Origin: Candidatus Obscuribacterales bacterium
GTDB lineage: Bacteria > Cyanobacteriota > Vampirovibrionia > Obscuribacterales > Obscuribacteraceae
Assembly (NCBI GenBank): GCA_965228855.1
Contig: CBDDIJ010000005.1
Span: 1,152,001-1,216,000 of the forward strand
Length of the DNA: 64,000 bases
Direction of reading: 5' to 3'
This document shows positions 10,540 through 19,811 of this stretch, piece after piece. The position numbers were made by a program, and so were the translations under genes. Every line of letters starts with the position of its first letter. Positions within the stretch are counted from its first letter, which is position 1. Below the pieces are notes generated by a model. The model saw nothing but the letters and a program-made list of their open reading frames with translations. It was not told the origin of the DNA and did no database searches.

Positions 10540-11694
10540 CTACTTTATCGATTTAAGAACAGTGTCGTGAAAGTCTCTCCAGTTTTTATCCTTCTCACCG
10601 CGACGCTTCGCGACCAATACCGCGTATTCTTTCAAAACAGCAAGATCATTGGCATCTTCTTTGACTATCGAGCCGATCAGATTGCGAGCCACATCGTCAG
10701 CACCGACTTCACCGGAGCCGAAGAAACGCGCATAGAGAGCGGCATCGATAGCTACGCTTATGGCTTCAGCAGTCGACACCGTCGTTGTCGGCTTTTTGAC
10801 GCTGACACCATCATCAGTTTTGCCTTCGCGAATTTCGCGAAAAACAGTGGTTAGGATTTCGATTATCGGGGGCGGGACGGAAACGGGCATTTCATAGCGC
10901 TTAAGGAGCTCGCCTGCACGTTTCTGCACGATTTCCACTTCCGTTTTGTGATCGGAAACAATTGGAATGTGAATGTAGTTGAACCGGCGCTTCAAGGCGG
11001 CAGATAGTTCATTCACACCCTGATCGCGCGTATTGGCCGTCGCGATTAAGTTGAATCCAGGTCTGGCCCAGACCATATTCTCATCAGGCAGTTCCGGAAT
11101 GGCGATCGCCTTGTCTGAAAGAATTGAAACAAGTGAGTCCTGAACGTCCGGTAAACAGCGCGTAATCTCTTCGAAGCGCAATAAACTTCCGCTTTTCATT
11201 GCCACCATGGTCGGTGACGGAATCAAATTACCGGAGTTCGGTCCCTCGGCAATAACCCGCGCTATGTTCCATGAATATTTGATGTGCTCCTCGGTGGTAC
11301 CGGCGGTGCCTTGAACCGTCAGAGTCGAGGTTCCCGAGATCGCTGCCGAAAGGTGCTCCGAAAGCCAGCTCTTGCCGGTGCCTGGTTCCCCAACTAAAAG
11401 TAACGCTCGATCCGAAGCGAGGGTCACGATGGCGCGTTCGACAATCGAATCGTCACCAAAAAACTTGCGAGTGATTGGAATCTCAACTGACTTACCATCT
11501 ATTTTTGCCTTCAACGGCTTTCCACCGACGATATAATTGAGCACCGCTCGCGGTGACAACTTCCAGGGAGCCGGAGCGGGATCTTTATCATTTTGCTTCA
11601 AGGCTTCGAGTTCATCGCGGTATAAAACCTCCGATGGCTGCCGCAAGGCCTCCACAGCCTCTGCACTCGAGAATTCTTCCTTCTTACCCGCCAT
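10540..11694 (-). CDS. MoxR-family AAA+ ATPase, YehL-like
   Basis: Start MAGKKEE after GGGAGG SD; WKLSPRAV, Walker A GEPGTGKS, Walker B RFEE, ATANTRD, SAALKRRF. Confidence 0.9.
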   Translation of the reverse strand: MAGKKEEFSSAEAVEALRQPSEVLYRDELEALKQNDKDPAPAPWKLSPRAVLNYIVGGKPLKAKIDGKSVEIPITRKFFGDDSIVERAIVTLASDRALLLVGEPGTGKSWLSEHLSAAISGTSTLTVQGTAGTTEEHIKYSWNIARVIAEGPNSGNLIPSPTMVAMKSGSLLRFEEITRCLPDVQDSLVSILSDKAIAIPELPDENMVWARPGFNLIATANTRDQGVNELSAALKRRFNYIHIPIVSDHKTEVEIVQKRAGELLKRYEMPVSVPPPIIEILTTVFREIREGKTDDGVSVKKPTTTVSTAEAISVAIDAALYARFFGSGEVGADDVARNLIGSIVKEDANDLAVLKEYAVLVAKRRGEKDKNWRDFHDTVLKSIK

Positions 11695-11716
11695 GTCCAC
11701 TCCTCCCGTTGATTTT

Positions 11717-12826
11717 TTAAAACTTGAGCGTCGACAACAACGCACGCGGATCGATTTTTTCGTCTGAAATCATCAGATGCTTCGGCTTTTTCTTCCCGAA
11801 CACCGTCAAAGGCTGCAAAACTAACTTGCACCGCTCGTAGTGCATCAGACCGTACAAAGTTCCCGGCTTCTTCTTGCCCCTGTACTCGCCGAGATTGTTC
11901 AAGAGAACGTTATTATCGCCAGTTTTCGGCACTATCGTTTCACACAAAAAGGTACTCGTCTGAATTGGAAAAACAATTCCGTTGTCAGAATTTTCATAAC
12001 TGTCGTGAATCAGCCACTCGTCAACAAACACCTCTTCTTGCAATTCCACATCAAGGTCAAACGGACCGGGGTCATGCTGCTGCACTCTTTCAAATGCGGC
12101 CATTTGATCCCAGTGAAAAAGTGACGACCACTCCGCGAAATCCGCACCAGCAGCTACAGTGCTGGCATCAGTCAGGGAGACACGATGGCATCCGGTCGGA
12201 TCGAGAGTCGTCGAGACCTTTTCAATGGTAAACACTTTTGGCTCGAGTAGGCTTACCGCTTTGAACTTCTGCTTCTGCGGAAGATGCAAATAGCCTTCTG
12301 CCGGTATCGTGCTGCCTGGAGCCTTGGGATATACACAAGACCAGACCAGTCGATCGCCTTTTTTTAAGTGACCGCAATTCGAAACGGTTCGCAGTCTGAA
12401 TTCAAATGCTACAAAACTTGCCGCTGGACGTTTCGCCACACCGACAGTGACGACTTCGATTTTATCAACAGGCTGCGGAGATGGCGTCCGCATCAGCTTC
12501 TCGAACAGGTCTACTCTGTTTCCTTCAATCGAGTGCTTCAACGCATTACTGAGAGCCCAGGCACGATTTAAGAAGAAGCTCAGCCGGCGTCGTGAAAAAT
12601 CGGGATCGTTTTTAGTATAGCGAGCAACTTCGTCGTTGACAGAACGCAACGTACCGCCGAGCCGCAACATCCCCATACGGGAAGACTCCTGGAAAGAGAC
12701 ATTCAAAGTTTTGACCGTCGCTTCCGATGCCGTCGTTAAACCGGTGATAAGCAGATCTTCGACAGCGCCGCTGAGTTGCTCCAATAAGGGAATCAGTTTC
12801 TTACGATCAACCTGCTCGAGTTTCAT
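11717..12826 (-). CDS. Hypothetical protein resembling the helical part of YehQ-like proteins
   Basis: 369 aa; EDLLITGL...GMLRLGGTLR helical module; ATGA overlap with upstream gene. Confidence 0.6.
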   Translation of the reverse strand: MKLEQVDRKKLIPLLEQLSGAVEDLLITGLTTASEATVKTLNVSFQESSRMGMLRLGGTLRSVNDEVARYTKNDPDFSRRRLSFFLNRAWALSNALKHSIEGNRVDLFEKLMRTPSPQPVDKIEVVTVGVAKRPAASFVAFEFRLRTVSNCGHLKKGDRLVWSCVYPKAPGSTIPAEGYLHLPQKQKFKAVSLLEPKVFTIEKVSTTLDPTGCHRVSLTDASTVAAGADFAEWSSLFHWDQMAAFERVQQHDPGPFDLDVELQEEVFVDEWLIHDSYENSDNGIVFPIQTSTFLCETIVPKTGDNNVLLNNLGEYRGKKKPGTLYGLMHYERCKLVLQPLTVFGKKKPKHLMISDEKIDPRALLSTLKF

Positions 12827-13215
12827 ACAACAGCCTCATCGACGTTATCGTCGGCGTTCTCCAGAGCTTCAGCTCCCTGGGCAAGTGCTGCGTCGAGCGC
12901 CTGAATCGGATTTAGAACACCAAGTCCGAGTATCGTCTGCGCGTGCTCCAAAGTCAAAATTCGATCGAACATCCGCAGGCTCGCTTGCGCACGCATGAGC
13001 GCTTGCGCGCCGGAGCGCCCCGGTTTATCAATCTCTTCGAGAATTGCCTCGACTCGGCCGGCAAGATGGTAGGCGCCTATTCGCTCACATTCATCTCGAA
13101 TATTGGAAAGTGTATTGACCTCACCCGGACCGGCCGCTTTCAGGCCACGTATCATGAGGTCCTCGAAAGTCCTCTGTAAGTGATCGATTGTTTGAACGAT
13201 CTCTGTCGTGTCCAT
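12823..13215 (-). CDS. Small helical hypothetical protein, similar to the N-terminus of the next gene
   Basis: 130 aa; EDLMIRGL...IGAYHLAGRV; TGATG and ATGA overlaps on both sides. Confidence 0.65.
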   Translation of the reverse strand: MDTTEIVQTIDHLQRTFEDLMIRGLKAAGPGEVNTLSNIRDECERIGAYHLAGRVEAILEEIDKPGRSGAQALMRAQASLRMFDRILTLEHAQTILGLGVLNPIQALDAALAQGAEALENADDNVDEAVV

Positions 13216-14285
13216 CAGAACGCGTAGTAGTCCTCGGGTATGGTCTCGGTCGGCCGCCAGTCGATTTCGCCGGCTTCAGCGCCTTTGTAGCGAAGAAATG
13301 TCTCGCTCATTGTGTCTTTGTCCATCTTCGGCTGCTGAAGTTTACTCATTTGAGCCCATTTATCGGCATCGGTTGCGTCAAACTTTCCGGCATTCGTCAA
13401 TCCCATGAGCAAAACGAGGAGATGCTTGCACAGGGCACCTCGAAGCCCGCCGCAGGGATTCAGATTTTGCGTTCCACAACAAAATCTTCCGTCGCTGGTC
13501 AAGATACAAGCATAAACCAAATTCGGATCGGTTTGACTCTTGACCACACCAACCATCTGCACATCACCGACTTCGGCGAAAAGTTGGAAACTTTCGGCTT
13601 TCAACATTTTGATGGCTTTCTTCAGCCGCTCTTTCTCGATGCTTACTTCCAGACGCTCGAGAAACTTACCGAAGTCGAGAGGTTCGGCCGGAGTAGCATT
13701 ACGGATTGCCAAAAGCGATGCCGGATTTGCGCCCTGTCCTCTCCACAAAAGACCTGGATCAAGCAACAAACTTTCCGGCAAAACCGTTTTCTCATCATAC
13801 GGGGTTCGGTCGAAACGGACGTTTTCCAAATTGGCACCGTCGAACCTGGCGCCATAGATAAACGCCCCGGACAGATCTATGTCGGAACAATTTGCACTCT
13901 TAAACAACGAATGCTGCAGATCGGCATTTTGAAAGTTAGCACCACAAATGGTGGCACTAGTAAATACAGCTCCAATCGCTTTCAGCTTCAAACCGGAGAC
14001 ATTGGTCAAGTCAGCCTTCTCAAGATTAGCATTGCTGATGTCCGCATTGTCCAGCTTGCAGTCGTGCAGTTCGCAGCCCGTTAAATTAGCGCCGGAGAGA
14101 TCGGTGGACGAAAAGTCGACACCTGACAGCTTCGCTCCGGACAGATCCACATCACGCAACGCAGCTCGTTTCTTCTTCGAACCGACCAGCTCGTTGTAGT
14201 TGGCGACTCCGTCCGCCCCCCTCCGCAGAAGTGCAATCAAATCATCTCTCGTGGCACCTTTTCTGGTAGAAGTCATGGCTCTCAC
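13215..14285 (-). CDS. Pentapeptide-repeat protein fused to a SWIM-like zinc-finger domain
   Basis: A(D/N)LxX repeats (VDLSG AKLSG VDFSS TDLSG ANLTG); C-terminal CCGTQNLNPCGGLRGALCKH. Start may be ATG 14276. Confidence 0.75.
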   Translation of the reverse strand: MRAMTSTRKGATRDDLIALLRRGADGVANYNELVGSKKKRAALRDVDLSGAKLSGVDFSSTDLSGANLTGCELHDCKLDNADISNANLEKADLTNVSGLKLKAIGAVFTSATICGANFQNADLQHSLFKSANCSDIDLSGAFIYGARFDGANLENVRFDRTPYDEKTVLPESLLLDPGLLWRGQGANPASLLAIRNATPAEPLDFGKFLERLEVSIEKERLKKAIKMLKAESFQLFAEVGDVQMVGVVKSQTDPNLVYACILTSDGRFCCGTQNLNPCGGLRGALCKHLLVLLMGLTNAGKFDATDADKWAQMSKLQQPKMDKDTMSETFLRYKGAEAGEIDWRPTETIPEDYYAF

Positions 14286-14321
14286 CTGCTCCGGTACGTC
14301 GTCTACGACGTTCTACCCCAC

Positions 14322-14334
14322 GGACACTACCATT
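14322..14334 (-). promoter_or_regulatory. Putative extended -10 promoter element (AATGGTAGTGTCC), copy 2
   Basis: Upstream of the first gene of the MoxR operon; identical to 6641-6653. Confidence 0.4.
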
Positions 14335-14471
14335 ACGCGTCTTTGATACGAAAATAATCTTTATATCTTCATTCGACAGAACCTAGTAAGCGGACATCGT
14401 AATATACATCCCCAAGCAACAGAGCGCTAAAATAGCAGCACCGTGACTGCGATTGTCTCTCCTCCCCTCGA

Positions 14472-16799
14472 GTGCCTGTGAAGCTCTGGAAGTCTCGCTC
14501 GGCTACCTACAAAACGCACTTCCTGAGTGCGTTCTGTCGCTGCATGTTTACCAACTCTTGTTGGATTTTCGCCACAAGCCTTTTTGTGAAAACCGTTGGC
14601 AGCAAGGGCTATCCCCAATTGTTCTTTTTCGCAAGTTTAGCTGCTCTGTCGTACTATGTTTATTTCGCGTTCCGCGGGCACAGGAGTACCGAACCGTACA
14701 ACGTATATCGGGGGGTTCTGATCGTGGCGTTTGCCGCATCGCTCGCCTGCTGTTTAGAACCATTCTCAGCCCAACTACGAGCCTACGACCAGCTTTTGCT
14801 ATATATCTTCGTAGTATCTGTTATGACGGTTGATCTGATCGGAACGACGCTTGGGCCGATCGTATTGCAATCCTCAGTCAATCCGGTGATCTTCAGACAG
14901 GTCTATCAGAAAATCGTCGCGATGGAACTTATCGCCCGCATTACCGCATCCGGTCTGGTTTGGCTCTTCAGCCAGACGCATCAGCTCACCCTTGTTTATC
15001 CACTGGCCTGGATTCTTCTGGTGTCACATTTTGTTCTTTTCGGCGTTTCGGTCTGGCGCATGCGAGTTTTGCAAACCGAAAAGCAAGTTGATTCCAGACC
15101 TATTGAGACAATCGATTCGAACGCAATCGTTTCGAAACCCGCGAAGGAACAGCAAAGCGGTTTCCGGACGGCGGCGCTGACAAATGTCGCATGGTCCATC
15201 AGATTCATCTTCACAAACCCTCTAGTTCGCGTCGCCACGAGCATCATGGTATGGTCAACAGTAACAAAATTCGTTTTAGAAAGTCTGTTTTACCAGATTA
15301 CGGATAAGACATTTGCCTCCGCGACTCAGCTTGCATCATTCATCAGCGCTCTCACAATCGTTATCTACGCGCTTTCGCTAGGTTTGCACCCACTCATCAC
15401 GAGGGTTTTGAACGCTCGCCTTCAGCTTGCATCTTTGCTCAGTATTCAGCCATTAAACATTTTAGTCTTCGCCGGATTAGCAATGTTGTTGCCACCATTC
15501 TGGCCGCTGGTACTGCTAATGGTGACATATAACATCGTCCACAGAAGCATTCAAGTGCCGATGTCCAGGCAATGTTTAGTCCCAGTCCCTAAAGACAGTA
15601 AGGGAACTATAGTGTCATTGATTTCGATTTTGATAGCGTTGTCGACTATGGCAACCAGTGGCGCCACGGCGCTTTTGAAAAACACCTTGCACTTCGAAGA
15701 TTATGTAGTTTTCCTGCTTGTGCTGGGAGTCGCAATCTTGTTCATGGTCACGAGCCTGGACTCCTACTATATCCGCAATCTGTGGAGCCTATTTCAAGAA
15801 CTTCGCAGCGGTCGTTGGCAGGATGAACAGAACCAATTCGAGGGTCTGTCGATGGTTGTTCTCGACGAGGAGCAAAACGTCAGGCAAACCAATTTCGATC
15901 TGGTAGACATCGCAAAGCAACCCGTTTTAAACACTTACGCTTTTTCGCACGACAAGTCGAGACTTAGAGAAGCGACCAGAGAACATTCGAGACTTTTAGC
16001 ATCAGGGAAAACAGACGAGCAACTAGCAGGATTGCAAATATGTTTCGCAACCGGTTTTCCATGGCATCGAGAGCCGCTTCTAGAGGCTCTCAGCAGCAGC
16101 GACAGCGAAGTGCGCGAGTACGCCAACCATGCATCCCGAGTGAATAGTGCGTTTAGCGATCTCGAAAAATTCACTGCGGTGTTTCGCAGACGCATAAAAC
16201 GACTGGCAATGCATTTTGTCCAATCAGAAGATGAGCAAAGCCTGGAGGCGTTGTTCCGCTTATGCAAGACAAACGATAAAGCCGCGGTCGAAACGCTAAT
16301 CACCGGTTTCAGCAAGCAGAGATTCGAGAAATTCAGATCACTGCTTATCGAGTGCATCTCGGACGGCGAAGCCGTCGTGTCTGTTCTTCCAGTTATAAAC
16401 CGGATGTACGCTGAACGTTTTAAGACGTCCGCTGAATACCGAGAACTTTTGCAAACTCTTCCCTTCAATAAATCAGTAGAAGCTATAAACGCTGTTATTA
16501 AGACGAAACTGGAACTTCTATCGCGTGAAAAGATTTCCCTCGTCCCCACCTCGAAGGAGTCTTTAAACGCGGACGAAAATCTCGATACGTTTATGCATAC
16601 ACTTTATCTGGACGAGTATCGCCTCTCCGGAGGTCAGCCGGATCAGACACTCGTAGACAGTATCTCCGAGTTCTCAATCCTATCTCAGGACGAGGGCGGG
16701 ATACTCATCGACATGCATCTGTCGTTTCTAAAACGCAGCGAGTTCTTTGCGAATTGGGTTTCGATTCTATCTATTTTTGAAACAACGGCATCGCGTTGA
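14472..16799 (+). CDS. MFS/NTT-like multi-pass transporter with a helical (HEAT-like) C-terminal extension
   Basis: About 12 hydrophobic segments in the first ~430 aa (ATSLFVKTVGSKGYPQLFF is NTT-like), then a soluble helical region. Confidence 0.55.
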   Translation: MPVKLWKSRSATYKTHFLSAFCRCMFTNSCWIFATSLFVKTVGSKGYPQLFFFASLAALSYYVYFAFRGHRSTEPYNVYRGVLIVAFAASLACCLEPFSAQLRAYDQLLLYIFVVSVMTVDLIGTTLGPIVLQSSVNPVIFRQVYQKIVAMELIARITASGLVWLFSQTHQLTLVYPLAWILLVSHFVLFGVSVWRMRVLQTEKQVDSRPIETIDSNAIVSKPAKEQQSGFRTAALTNVAWSIRFIFTNPLVRVATSIMVWSTVTKFVLESLFYQITDKTFASATQLASFISALTIVIYALSLGLHPLITRVLNARLQLASLLSIQPLNILVFAGLAMLLPPFWPLVLLMVTYNIVHRSIQVPMSRQCLVPVPKDSKGTIVSLISILIALSTMATSGATALLKNTLHFEDYVVFLLVLGVAILFMVTSLDSYYIRNLWSLFQELRSGRWQDEQNQFEGLSMVVLDEEQNVRQTNFDLVDIAKQPVLNTYAFSHDKSRLREATREHSRLLASGKTDEQLAGLQICFATGFPWHREPLLEALSSSDSEVREYANHASRVNSAFSDLEKFTAVFRRRIKRLAMHFVQSEDEQSLEALFRLCKTNDKAAVETLITGFSKQRFEKFRSLLIECISDGEAVVSVLPVINRMYAERFKTSAEYRELLQTLPFNKSVEAINAVIKTKLELLSREKISLVPTSKESLNADENLDTFMHTLYLDEYRLSGGQPDQTLVDSISEFSILSQDEGGILIDMHLSFLKRSEFFANWVSILSIFETTASR

Positions 16800-16800
16800 C

Positions 16801-17394
16801 TTACTTCGTTTGCGCTACTTTTGCAGGCGATTGTTTTGCACCGGAAGCGTCAGCAGATTCGGTCACTTCGCCTCTCGGTGCGGCAACTCCAGTTGGAACT
16901 GCCGGCCGCAATTCAGCCACTTTTGAAACAGCCGCATCATTGGTTGAAGCCGCAAGATCCTTCTCCGCTATTACAGCAGTCCCGTAACAGATGACTTCGG
17001 TCTCCACGTTTGTGCCGTGTTCAAATGATGCACTGTCGTAAGCGATTCCGATAATTGCGTTGGCACCCAGTTCACGCGCGCGCAAGATGCACTCCTCGTA
17101 AGCATGCCGGCGAGCGGTTTCACACATATTGACATACGCGCTGATCCGCCCGCCCTTAAGACGTTCCAAATTCGCACTCAAACTTTGCCCGATGGTCGGC
17201 TGACGGACTGTGATACCACGGACGATACCTTTGTACTCTTTGACCTTATAACCTTCCAGAGTCCCCGTCGTAGTTAGTAACATATCGGCGGGGCGAGCTT
17301 GCGACGCGGACGTTCCGCCGTCATCAGCCTTTCCAGGCGAAGACACGAGCGCCAGAAAAAGAGCGCCGAGCAGCAGCGCGATAGGTTTCCTCAT
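16801..17394 (-). CDS. YbjQ/UPF0145 family protein with signal peptide
   Basis: MLLTTTGTLEGYKVKEYKGIVRG, ARELGANAIIGI, EVICYGTAV. Confidence 0.85.
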   Translation of the reverse strand: MRKPIALLLGALFLALVSSPGKADDGGTSASQARPADMLLTTTGTLEGYKVKEYKGIVRGITVRQPTIGQSLSANLERLKGGRISAYVNMCETARRHAYEECILRARELGANAIIGIAYDSASFEHGTNVETEVICYGTAVIAEKDLAASTNDAAVSKVAELRPAVPTGVAAPRGEVTESADASGAKQSPAKVAQTK

Positions 17395-17405
17395 AATTCA
17401 AATCC

Positions 17406-17777
17406 TCATTTCCGATTCGTGATCGATAAGCCCAGAACTTCCTGGTAGATTTTGCTGTCCATAACGGCGAGAAATTTACGACCGTCGTTAAGTTCGACCA
17501 ACGCGCAAACAGATTTGCGATTTCCGCCAAACACAACGCCGGCAAGCAATCCCATCGGTCCCAGCGCCAATCCGAGCAGCCCCCACGCCGCCGCCTCGGG
17601 AAGTTTTTTAACACTTTCTTCGGTCTGCGGAGTGACGGATTTCACTTGCGTGCGCAGATCGATTTGTTCGAACGCGCCCCACAGTGTGCCCAGCGTGTAC
17701 TCCCATTCTCCTGAAGCCACGTCGCCACCAAGGATTTTCACCTTGTTATTGCTGAACATCTTGCCTAATGCGTCCAT
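17406..17777 (-). CDS. Hypothetical protein with Gly-rich hydrophobic segment
   Basis: Start MDALGK after GGAG; AAAWGLLGLALGPMGLLAGVVFGG followed by DGRKFLA. Confidence 0.65.
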   Translation of the reverse strand: MDALGKMFSNNKVKILGGDVASGEWEYTLGTLWGAFEQIDLRTQVKSVTPQTEESVKKLPEAAAWGLLGLALGPMGLLAGVVFGGNRKSVCALVELNDGRKFLAVMDSKIYQEVLGLSITNRK

Positions 17778-17832
17778 TGTTATCTCCGGAGCAACTACAG
17801 ATAGCCAGGCATTATACCTCAATTGTCAGACT

Positions 17833-18414
17833 CTAACTGTTCGGCTCCGCATAACGGTCTACGATGTTGGCGATCACAGGCAAGCGCACTTCTTTTCCTT
17901 GCCAAACCGAATACATCAATCGAAATGAAATCCCCATAACAGCTAAAGCAATCAAGCCACCGAATAAGGAAAGCACTATTCCAAGCGCATCTCCAAGCAT
18001 CGGAATAATCGACAGAATGGACCGCACCGTGCCGAATACGACGTTCACGGCGATGAAGGCGCCGATCAGGGCTATACTTTGAATGCAGTGAAACCGCAGA
18101 TATCTGTTCTGCGTGTTCTCGGTCAGCAACCATAGAATTCCCGCAACTCCGGGCGCTACCGGTATATAGCAAAGAGCTGCGGCGGTTTTATAATCCAAAT
18201 CGAAGAACACGGTCTTGCCTGCCGGGATGACATCCATTCCCTTCATGTGCGGAAGCGATTTGGATGCGTTCGCAGACGGCTTTCTCTTCTTCGGTTCCTG
18301 TTTCAAATAACCGCTTTCCGACGACGCGGAAAACTGATCGTTAAAAGGATCGCCGTCCTCTTCTTTTTCATCAACTTCAAGATCGTCCGGATCAGGCCCG
18401 CGATTGCTGTTCAT
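17833..18414 (-). CDS. DUF4870/Tic20-like membrane protein
   Basis: AAALCYIP, YLRFHCIQS, three TM segments, VRLPVIA. Confidence 0.75.
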   Translation of the reverse strand: MNSNRGPDPDDLEVDEKEEDGDPFNDQFSASSESGYLKQEPKKRKPSANASKSLPHMKGMDVIPAGKTVFFDLDYKTAAALCYIPVAPGVAGILWLLTENTQNRYLRFHCIQSIALIGAFIAVNVVFGTVRSILSIIPMLGDALGIVLSLFGGLIALAVMGISFRLMYSVWQGKEVRLPVIANIVDRYAEPNS

Positions 18415-18457
18415 GCGAACAATGTCTCCAACCAGTGCGGGTCATATCTTACCACCG

Positions 18458-18483
18458 TTCCTCAACCGATATCGGTTCAGGAA
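18458..18483. repeat. Palindromic repeat copy (core AACCGATATCGGTT at 18464-18477)
   Basis: TTCCTC-AACCGATATCGGTT-CAGGAA, 8 bp past the stop of 18492..19811. Confidence 0.9.
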
Positions 18484-18491
18484 AACAGCGG

Positions 18492-19811
18492 TTAGAACCC
18501 GATGCTGAAATTGCCGATTCGAACAGCACCGCGTCCGCCATATCCGTTATAGCCGCGGTTGAAGTTGTTGTACCGATTCATTTGATTAAACTGATTGTAG
18601 CGGTTGAACTGGTTGTATGACTGATTGCAGCCTCCTCCGCGGAACCCGCCGTTGATAGCCGTGTTGATTATCATGCTGAGCGGATTGGCGCCATAGCCGT
18701 TGTAGTAGCCGCCATTCATGAAACCGCTGTTATAACCGTTCATGTAGCCGCCGTAACCCGGGTTGAAATTCATGTAGCCGCCGCGACCATGATTTCCCTG
18801 GTTTATCATTGATAAAACAAACGGCGCGTATCTCATCACCTGCAGGAGCGTATCGTTTCCGCCCCGACCGGGGTTGTACGTGTTGGCATTGTTCCAGCGA
18901 GAGTACGGGTTGAATCTCTGGTTGCACCCCTGATCCTGCCATTGCTGGTTGTAGTCGGAATCGTAACCCGGATAGTATCCACCAGGCTGACTCCATTGTT
19001 GCCGCTGGTCCCATTGCTGATGTTGCCAGTTCTGGTTTTGATAGCGTTGATTTTGACTCCACTGCTGGTACTGCCAGTTTGGATTTTGAAAACGTTGATT
19101 CTGGTTAAACTGCTGATGCTGCCAGTCACGCTGGGCGTTGAGCCATCGCTGATTTTGATAACTCTGGTCCTGCCACTGCTGGTCCGGGGTTACCCACATT
19201 CGAGGATTGCGTGTGTTTGGTCGCATAGTGCTCGGGCAAGTAGGGTAAGATGACGGGCACATGCCTCTTTCATCGACATACCTGGGATCGACGAACGCGC
19301 GCGCCACATCATACCCTTGCACCTGGGATGGTGGCACTCGCCCCGGTTGATAGGCTGCAAACTGGGGATTGTTCCAGAGTGCAGGATTGTTTCGAGACTG
19401 GTCCAGATAGCCGTTGTTAGCGGATAAGATTAATCGAATAATGTCCTCTTCGCGCAACTGCGTCCGCGCGATAGAAGTAGGTCCGAGCGCATTTTCGTAC
19501 ATATCACAGCGCCCGGTGACGCACGGAGCGGCGCTGGCCATGTCGTATGCCGGAACTACAATCTGAGAGGAACGATCGAATCGGGGATCGACCAGCGGAT
19601 TGCTCACGGGATTGATCAGCTGACTAAACCGAGGCTGAAATGGCGAAACCGTCACAGGCGAAATATCACAAGCCCTGCTCGATTCCATGCGAGAATCACA
19701 AGAATCAACATATAGCCGACGCGAAACATCAGGTTCCGATGGATACGATTCCGGCGTTCCGTAACCAGCGTAGACACCGCTCTGTATGTCGTAAACTTGA
19801 CTGTCTGTCAT
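18492..19811 (-). CDS. Q/N/G/Y-rich low-complexity hypothetical protein
   Basis: 439-aa ORF with SD-like GAAGG upstream; internal 16-aa Q/N/W repeats and G/Y/N-rich tail. Confidence 0.7.
   Translation of the reverse strand: MTDSQVYDIQSGVYAGYGTPESYPSEPDVSRRLYVDSCDSRMESSRACDISPVTVSPFQPRFSQLINPVSNPLVDPRFDRSSQIVVPAYDMASAAPCVTGRCDMYENALGPTSIARTQLREEDIIRLILSANNGYLDQSRNNPALWNNPQFAAYQPGRVPPSQVQGYDVARAFVDPRYVDERGMCPSSYPTCPSTMRPNTRNPRMWVTPDQQWQDQSYQNQRWLNAQRDWQHQQFNQNQRFQNPNWQYQQWSQNQRYQNQNWQHQQWDQRQQWSQPGGYYPGYDSDYNQQWQDQGCNQRFNPYSRWNNANTYNPGRGGNDTLLQVMRYAPFVLSMINQGNHGRGGYMNFNPGYGGYMNGYNSGFMNGGYYNGYGANPLSMIINTAINGGFRGGGCNQSYNQFNRYNQFNQMNRYNNFNRGYNGYGGRGAVRIGNFSIGF

Noticed and set aside
13188..14084. 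298-aa plus-strand ORF and other long antisense ORFs (e.g. 7340..8071, 35864..36613)
   Set aside because: Shadow frames of well-supported genes, with no motifs of their own.
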